Assembly: GCA_963840205.1 (NCBI GenBank)
Contig: CAWIXZ010000001.1
Location: 227,709-291,708, forward strand
Reading direction: 5' to 3'
Source of the DNA: an uncultured Chloroflexia bacterium
Lineage (GTDB): Bacteria > Chloroflexota > Limnocylindria > QHBO01
Length of the DNA stretch: 64,000 bases
Under the pieces are notes generated by a model. That model was not told the origin of the DNA. It ran no database searches and saw only the letters and a list, made by a program, of their open reading frames with translations. Position numbers and translations under genes: made by a program. Each line of letters opens with the position of its first letter. Within the stretch, counting starts at the first letter, position 1. Below are positions 54,550 to 64,000 of this stretch, piece after piece.

Positions 54550-54801
54550 ATGGGCCAAGTCAACGTGAACACTCCGGGGGGCGGTACCGCCGGTGAGCCG
54601 GCCGGCAGCAGCGGCGCCGGCATGATCCTCGGCATCATCGTGGCGATCCTCGTGATCGCCGCCCTGGTCTACTTCCTCGTCATCGCCCCGGGCGGCACCA
54701 ACAACGGCGACGGCGACGGCGGTGGCGACACCGACACTCCCGCTACGGACGACGCCACGGAAGTGCTTCCGAGCGGTTGGAGGCTCGTGGACCTGGCGTA
54801 A
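54550..54801 (+). CDS. Small membrane protein (one TM segment, acidic Gly/Asp-rich tail)
   Basis: 83-aa ORF with TM segment MILGIIVAILVIAALVYFLVIA, followed by a strong hairpin. Confidence 0.4.
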   Translation: MGQVNVNTPGGGTAGEPAGSSGAGMILGIIVAILVIAALVYFLVIAPGGTNNGDGDGGGDTDTPATDDATEVLPSGWRLVDLA

Positions 54802-54821
54802 GCCTCAGGTCCCTCGCATCG

Positions 54822-54850
54822 GACGCCCCGGCCATCGGCCGGGGCGTCTT
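54822..54850 (+). terminator. Intrinsic-terminator-like hairpin
   Basis: GACGCCCCGGCC atc GGCCGGGGCGTC followed by TTCGTG. Confidence 0.5.
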
Positions 54851-54859
54851 CGTGCGCGG

Positions 54860-54889
54860 TTGACACCGTTCGATCGGCGGTGCTACATT
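54860..54889 (+). promoter_or_regulatory. Candidate groES promoter
   Basis: TTGACA (54860-54865), 18-bp spacer, TACATT (54884-54889). Confidence 0.5.
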
Positions 54890-54893
54890 TCGG

Positions 54894-54920
54894 TTAGCAC
54901 TCTCGTCGGTTGAGTGCCAG
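54894..54920 (+). promoter_or_regulatory. CIRCE (HrcA operator) inverted repeat
   Basis: TTAGCACTC-N9-GAGTGCCAG matches the CIRCE consensus TTAGCACTC-N9-GAGTGCTAA. It sits just downstream of the promoter and upstream of groES. Confidence 0.8.
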
Positions 54921-55021
54921 CCAGGAGGGTCGAATCGGCCCCGGCTGGACCTCCCGGGAGCGTGTCTTTGCACGAGATCCGCATCGGTTTTTGGCGCATT
55001 CAAGGAGGCAAGCACACACAC

Positions 55022-55336
55022 ATGACCACTACGGTCAGAGGTACGGCGACCCAGCTGAAGCCCCTGGGCGACCGTCTCGTCGTCAGGCCCAGCGAGCGCG
55101 AGGAGATGACCAAGAGCGGCATCGTTCTCCCCGACACGGCCAAGGAGCGTCCCCAGGAGGGCACGGTCGTCTCGGTCGGCCCCGGTCGCACGCTCGACGA
55201 CGGCAAGCTCGAGAAGATGGAAGTCCGCGCGGGACAGAAGGTTCTCTTCCAGAAGTACGCGGGCACCGAGTTCAAGATCGACGAGGAGGATCTGCTGATC
55301 CTCTCGCAGAAGGACATCCTGGCCGTCATCGAGTAG
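55022..55336 (+). CDS. groES: Co-chaperonin GroES
   Basis: KPLGDRLVVRPSEREEMTKSGIVLPDTAKE...VVSVGPGR. Confidence 0.95.
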   Translation: MTTTVRGTATQLKPLGDRLVVRPSEREEMTKSGIVLPDTAKERPQEGTVVSVGPGRTLDDGKLEKMEVRAGQKVLFQKYAGTEFKIDEEDLLILSQKDILAVIE

Positions 55337-55399
55337 GCGGCCCACCCCCGACTCAGACCGATACCGCCGCGCTCGCGCGGCACCACTCAGGAGGAATGA

Positions 55400-57035
<1,636 letters not shown>

Positions 57036-57060
57036 TCCGCGCTCCTTCAGCCGGATGGCG

Positions 57061-57086
57061 AAGGCCCCGGCTTCGGCCGGGGCCTT
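57061..57086 (+). terminator. Intrinsic-terminator-like hairpin after groEL
   Basis: AAGGCCCCGGC ttcg GCCGGGGCCTT. Confidence 0.5.
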
Positions 57087-57191
57087 CGTCGTGCTCCTGC
57101 TTCCGCCCGTGCCGCGCTGCGCCTGTCGCTGCGGCGTCTCCGCGCCGACGGTGCGACCGCACCCGCGACCGGCGCCAGGAGGAGCAGACCG

Positions 57192-57554
57192 ATGCGATTC
57201 ATCCAGGAGTGGGGCTACAGCGTCAAGGTCGGCCAGGAAGAGGCGCACCAGAAGTGGTGGGCCGCCAACGAGAAGAAGTTCGCCGCCGCGCACCCGAAGG
57301 GCACGAAGTACATCGGGACCTTCGCCGTGGTCTTCAGCTCGGAGAAGCGGGCTGGGTTCTACAAGACCTTCGTCGAGATGGACAGCTACGGCGCCATGGA
57401 CGCCCTCGCGGCCGCGGCGAAGGATGGGAAGAAGGAGTTCGGCAAGCTCCTACGTGACTCGTCACGGTTCGGCGACTACGAGTGGAACACCCCCTGGAGC
57501 AACGGCCTTTACAAGGCTGTCGTGGACGCCACGATCTTCGACCCCAAGACCTGA
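57192..57554 (+). CDS. Hypothetical protein (120 aa), family not recognised
   Basis: ORF with a strong AGGAGG ribosome-binding site 8 bp upstream. The translation looks globular (MRFIQEWGYSVKVGQEEAHQKWWAANEKKF...). Confidence 0.45.
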   Translation: MRFIQEWGYSVKVGQEEAHQKWWAANEKKFAAAHPKGTKYIGTFAVVFSSEKRAGFYKTFVEMDSYGAMDALAAAAKDGKKEFGKLLRDSSRFGDYEWNTPWSNGLYKAVVDATIFDPKT

Positions 57555-57623
57555 GGATTTGTCCAGCCGGGAGCTCATCGGTTCGTCGTAGGGTTCGAGA
57601 GGCGCCCGTCGACGGGCGCCGAC

Positions 57624-58031
57624 ATGGAGACTGAACCGATGCGCTACGTGATCTTCAACTGGGTCCACCCCGACGACGTTGCCACGTGGGAGGCGATGAG
57701 CGAGGCGGAGCAGGCCGCGGACGTCGAGCGGCACATGACGTGGTTCCGCACCTACGCCCCCAAGATCGTTGGTGGCGAGGAGCTCGGGGCGCCGTCGAGC
57801 GTCAAGACCCTGCGGCCCGGCCGCCAGGGCGAGGGCGTGGTGGTCACGGACGGCCCGTACATCGAGACCAAGGAGATCCTCGGGGGGTTCGTGATCGTCG
57901 ACGTGGAGAGCATGGACGAGGCGGTCGCGATGGCACGCGAGTGGCCTTCGCTCGCAGACACAGCCGAACGGGACCGTCCAGGTGCAGCCTGGCTTCGTCC
58001 GCTGACCCTCGGCGACCCCTCGCGCCGGTAG
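57624..58031 (+). CDS. YciI-like (DGPF-domain) protein
   Basis: VVTDGPYIETKEILGGFVIVDVESMDEAVAMAREWP matches the YCII-related domain signature. Confidence 0.6.
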   Translation: METEPMRYVIFNWVHPDDVATWEAMSEAEQAADVERHMTWFRTYAPKIVGGEELGAPSSVKTLRPGRQGEGVVVTDGPYIETKEILGGFVIVDVESMDEAVAMAREWPSLADTAERDRPGAAWLRPLTLGDPSRR

Positions 58032-58041
58032 AATCGAGGCG

Positions 58042-60519
58042 ATGCCCCCGGAAGCCGCACCCGAGCTACCGCGCCGCCTCGGCCACGCCTGTCCCCGCAG
58101 GAGATCCTGGCGCGCCTGAACCCGCCCCAGCAGGAGGCGGTGAGCCATATCAAGGGCCCGCTGCTGATCCTGGCGGGGGCCGGGAGCGGCAAGACGCGGG
58201 TGCTGGCGCATCGGGTCGCCTACCTCATCGCGTCGGGCGTGAAGCCCTGGCAGATCGTGTCGGTCACGTTCACCAACAAGGCCGCGACCGAGATGCGTCT
58301 GCGGATCGCGGGGCTCATCGGCGAGGAGAGCGCCCGCGAGGCGACGATGGGCACCTTCCACGCCATCTGCGCCCGGATCCTGCGGCGCGACGGCGCCGCC
58401 ATCGGCCTCACCCGGAGCTTCACGATCTACGACCGTGCCGACCAGGTCGCCCTGGTGAAGTCGATCCTCCGGCGGCTTGACCTGGACGACAAGCGTTTCG
58501 CGCCGGCCGGGATGCTCGCGTGGATCGGGCAGCGCAAGGACGAGCTCGCCGACGTGGCGACCGCGAAACGGCAGGCGGGGAACTACTACGACGAGACCGC
58601 GGCCCAGGTGTACGAGGCGTACCAGCGGCAGCTCGGCGAGGACGACGCGGTGGACTTCGACGACCTGCTCATGCGCACGGTCTTCCTGTTCGAGCAGCAC
58701 CCCGACGTGCTCGCCAAGTACCAGTCGCGCTGGCAGCACATCCTGGTCGACGAGTACCAGGACACGAACCGCGCGCAGTACCTGCTCTGCCGGCACCTCG
58801 CCGCCAAGCACAAGAACCTCGCCGTGGTGGGCGACGACGACCAGAGCATCTACTCCTGGCGCGGCGCCGACCTGCGCAACATCCTGGACTTCGAGGCCGA
58901 TTACCCCGACGCCAAGGTGGTGAAGCTCGAGCAGAACTACCGCTCCACGCAGACCATCCTCGACGCGGCACATTCGGTCGTGAGCCGCAACGCGGGTCGC
59001 AAGGACAAGAAGCTCTGGACCGATCGCGGCGCCGGGACGCAGATCGAGCTCTTCGACGCCTACAACGAGTACGAGGAGGCCGAGTTCGTCGCGCGGCAGG
59101 TCGAGAAGCTCGTCGGCGGTGCGTCCCGCGGCTCGATGGCGAAGCTGCTCACCAGCCGCGCCGATGACGAGGACGGCACGCTCAAGTACGGCGACGTCGC
59201 GGTCACCTACCGCGTGAACGCCCAGAGCCGCGTGATCGAGGAGTCGTTCATGCGCTTCGGCATCCCGTACCAGCTCGTCGGCGGCACCCGCTTCTACGAG
59301 CGCCGCGAGGTCAAGGACGCGCTGGCCTACGTCCGGCTGGCACGCAACCCCGCGGACCGCGTCGCGCTCGAGCGGATCATCAACGTCCCCGCCCGCGGGA
59401 TCGGCGCGAAGACGCTCGAGGAGCTGCGCGCCGCCGCCGAGAGCCGCGAGATCAGCCTGTGGCAGGCGGTCGAGGCCGCCGACGAGAACCCGAACCTCGC
59501 GCCGCGCTCGCGCGCGCAGCTCGGCGACGTTCGCGACGCTCATGCGCGGCCTGATGGCGATGGTGCCGGAGGAGCCGCCGTCCGCGATCTTCGACGCGGC
59601 CACCGAGCGCTCCGGGCTGCGCGACGCGCTCGTCGACGGCACGGAGGAGGGGGAGGAGCGCTGGCTCAACGTCACCGAGCTGCGGAACCACGCGGCGGAG
59701 TTCGACGAGATCGCGGCGCCGGAGGGCCTCGCCCGCTTCCTGGAGGAGGTGGCGCTCGTCAGCGACCAGGACGAGCTGGAGGACGTCCCGGACCGCGTGA
59801 CGCTCATCACGCTCCACGCGGCGAAGGGGCTCGAGTTCCCCGTCGTCTTCATCGTCGGCATGGAGGAGGGCCTCATGCCGCACCGCCGCGCCCTCGAGGA
59901 CGAGCGCGAGCTGGAGGAGGAGCGCCGCCTCGCGTACGTGGGCATGACGCGCGCGAAGGACCGCCTGTACCTGGTCCATGCCCACCACCGCTCCACGTAC
60001 GGCGTCGGGGCGCAGGCGGAGGCGTCGCGCTTCCTGTCGGAGCTGCCGCCGGACCTGCTGGCGGCGTCGCGCTCCTCGGCGCCGTTCGGGCGCAGCGGGG
60101 CGACGCGTGGGACCGACGACGACGGCGGATGGCTCCCGATCGGCTACCGCTCGCCGAGCGGACGCATCCGCGAGCCGCTGCGGCCGGTGTCGCTCCCGGA
60201 CATGGCGAGCCCCACCCCGCGCCCGATCGGACGGAAGCTGGACGCGGCCCGCGAGCGCGTCGCCGCCGCCACGTACGAGGGCGGCACGCCGGTGGACCTC
60301 GGCAGCGGGACGTTCTCCGCCCCGGGCGCCGGCGACGCGCTCGGCGCGGAGGAGGAGCCGGCCTGGCACGCCGGGGACCGGGTGAAGCACCGCCGGTTCG
60401 GCGACGGGATCGTGGTGAGCAGCCGGATCGTCAAGGGCGACGAGGAGGTGACCGTCGCGTTCGTCGGCGAAGGGGTCAAGCGACTGGTGGCGGCGTATGC
60501 CGGGCTTGAACGGGCATAG
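58042..60519 (+). CDS. pcrA: ATP-dependent DNA helicase PcrA/UvrD. About 2 frame changes near 58085 and 59540.
   Basis: Helicase motifs GPLLILAGAGSGKTRVL, VTFTNKAATEM, DEYQDTN, VGDDDQSIYSWRGA, VKLEQNYRST. The C-terminal ORF 59542..60519 carries TLHAAKGLEFPVVF and VGMTRAKDRL. Confidence 0.9.
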
Positions 60520-60526
60520 CCCGGAG

Positions 60527-61516
60527 ATGGCCGACCGGACGGAGGCCATCGTCGCTGAGCTCGTCGCGGCGCGTGACGACTTCCTTGCGCGTGCTCGACG
60601 CGATCGGCCCGGATCGGCTCACGCGACCTGGCCTCCTCGGGGAGTGGAGCGCGAAGGAGCTGATCGCCCACATCGGGCTACTGGGCGGGGCACGCGGTCG
60701 AGCTGATCCAGGCCGCGGAGCTCGGCGGCATCGAGACGTTCGGCGAGGGGCGCCCGAGCATCGACGAGATCAACGCGACGGTGGCGCGCGTGGCGCGCGA
60801 GCGCCGACCTCGCCACGGTCCAGTCGCGCGAGCACGCCTCGGTCGAGGCGTTTGTGGAGCGGCTGCGCACGCTGGACCCCGGCGCTGCTCGACCTGCGCC
60901 TGTCGGACGGCGCCACGGTCGAGAAGGGGCTGCGGGAAGACGGCGGCGAGCACTATCGGGAGCACGCGGCCAGGAGCTGCGTGAGGCGCTGGGTCGTGAC
61001 CGCTGAGCGGCTCGCCGAGCTCCGGCGTGAGCTGGCGGAGGCGCGTGAGGAGCTTTCCGCGGCGCTGGCCGACGCCGATCCGGCGCTGCTGACGGCCCCG
61101 GGCCTGGTCGGCGAGTGGAGCGCGCGCGAGCTCGTCGCGCACCTTGCCCACTGGAACGACTGGGCCTCGACGTGCCTCACCGCGGCCGCCGAGGGTGGCC
61201 TGGACGGCCTCGTCACCGACGAGTGGGACGTCGACGCGCAGAACGCGGAGGTCGCGCGCGAGGCCGCGTCGCTGCCGATGTCAGTCGTGCGCGACCGCGA
61301 GGCCGAGTCGTTCGAGCGCTTCGCCTCGCTCCTGGCCGGAGCGGACCCGGCGGTGCTGGCGATGCCGATGCCCTGGGGCGGCACGATGGAGACGACGGTC
61401 ATCGAGAACGGGCCGGGGCACTATGCCGAGCACGCCGTGCACGTCCGGGAATGGTTCGCCGGAGCCGATGCGGACGACGTCGACGACGCGCCGCCGGCGC
61501 GGGAGCCGGCGGACCG

Positions 61517-61520
<4 letters not shown>
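60527..61520 (+). CDS. Tandem DinB_2/DinB-YfiT-like four-helix-bundle protein (two repeats, possibly one polypeptide). Several frame changes in the first repeat.
   Basis: Repeat 1: PGLLGEWSAKELIAHIG and GGEHYREHAA. Repeat 2: PGLVGEWSARELVAHLAHW and GPGHYAEHAVHVREW. These match the DinB_2/mycothiol-maleylpyruvate-isomerase-N-terminal-like fold signature (W...EL.AH...HY.EH). Confidence 0.45.

Positions 61521-64000
<2,480 letters not shown>

Overview
This is a high-GC (~70%) bacterial chromosomal segment, densely coding and almost entirely core metabolism and cell-division genes. I found no CRISPR array, transposase, integrase or phage gene.

Gene content in order:
- A propionate/methylmalonyl module: biotin carboxylase plus a biotinyl-domain ORF, the catalytic domain of methylmalonyl-CoA mutase, and methylmalonyl-CoA epimerase.
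- A TCA block: sucD and sucC on the minus strand, then NAD-dependent isocitrate dehydrogenase and sdhCDAB on the plus strand.
- RNase HI, with the RNase P RNA (rnpB) immediately downstream.
- Two hypothetical Cys-rich proteins.
- A complete division/cell-wall cluster: mraZ-rsmH-ftsL-ftsI-murF-mraY-murD-ftsW-murG-murB-ddl-ftsQ-(small membrane protein)-ftsA-ftsZ-yggS-yggT. murE and murC are absent from it.
- tRNA-Val, a GT4 glycosyltransferase and a NUDIX hydrolase.
- The glycine cleavage system (gcvT, gcvH, gcvPA, gcvPB).
- An ECF sigma factor with a zf-HC2 anti-sigma factor, followed by a five-gene peptide/nickel ABC importer.
- NAD synthetase split into a CN-hydrolase ORF and nadE.
- An orphan SSB paralogue, two paralogous SH3-like + PD40 lipoproteins, a SAM-methyltransferase, a COG4315 lipoprotein, an FNR-like reductase, metG and tatD.
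- groES and groEL with a CIRCE operator.
- Two small unknown proteins, pcrA, a tandem DinB_2-like protein, ligA, and the start of an OsmC-like gene.

Two things stand out:
- About 25 conserved genes need one or more frame changes to read through, while their neighbours are intact. That pattern fits indel sequencing errors better than real pseudogenes.
- Two paralogous ~130-bp intergenic elements each carry three near-palindromic TTCACAC-N3-GCGTGAA motifs in the same order. They sit at the start and end of the ~18-kb block that contains the division/cell-wall cluster.

All gene calls come from recognising conserved motifs in the supplied translations and my own reading of the sequence. No database search was possible.
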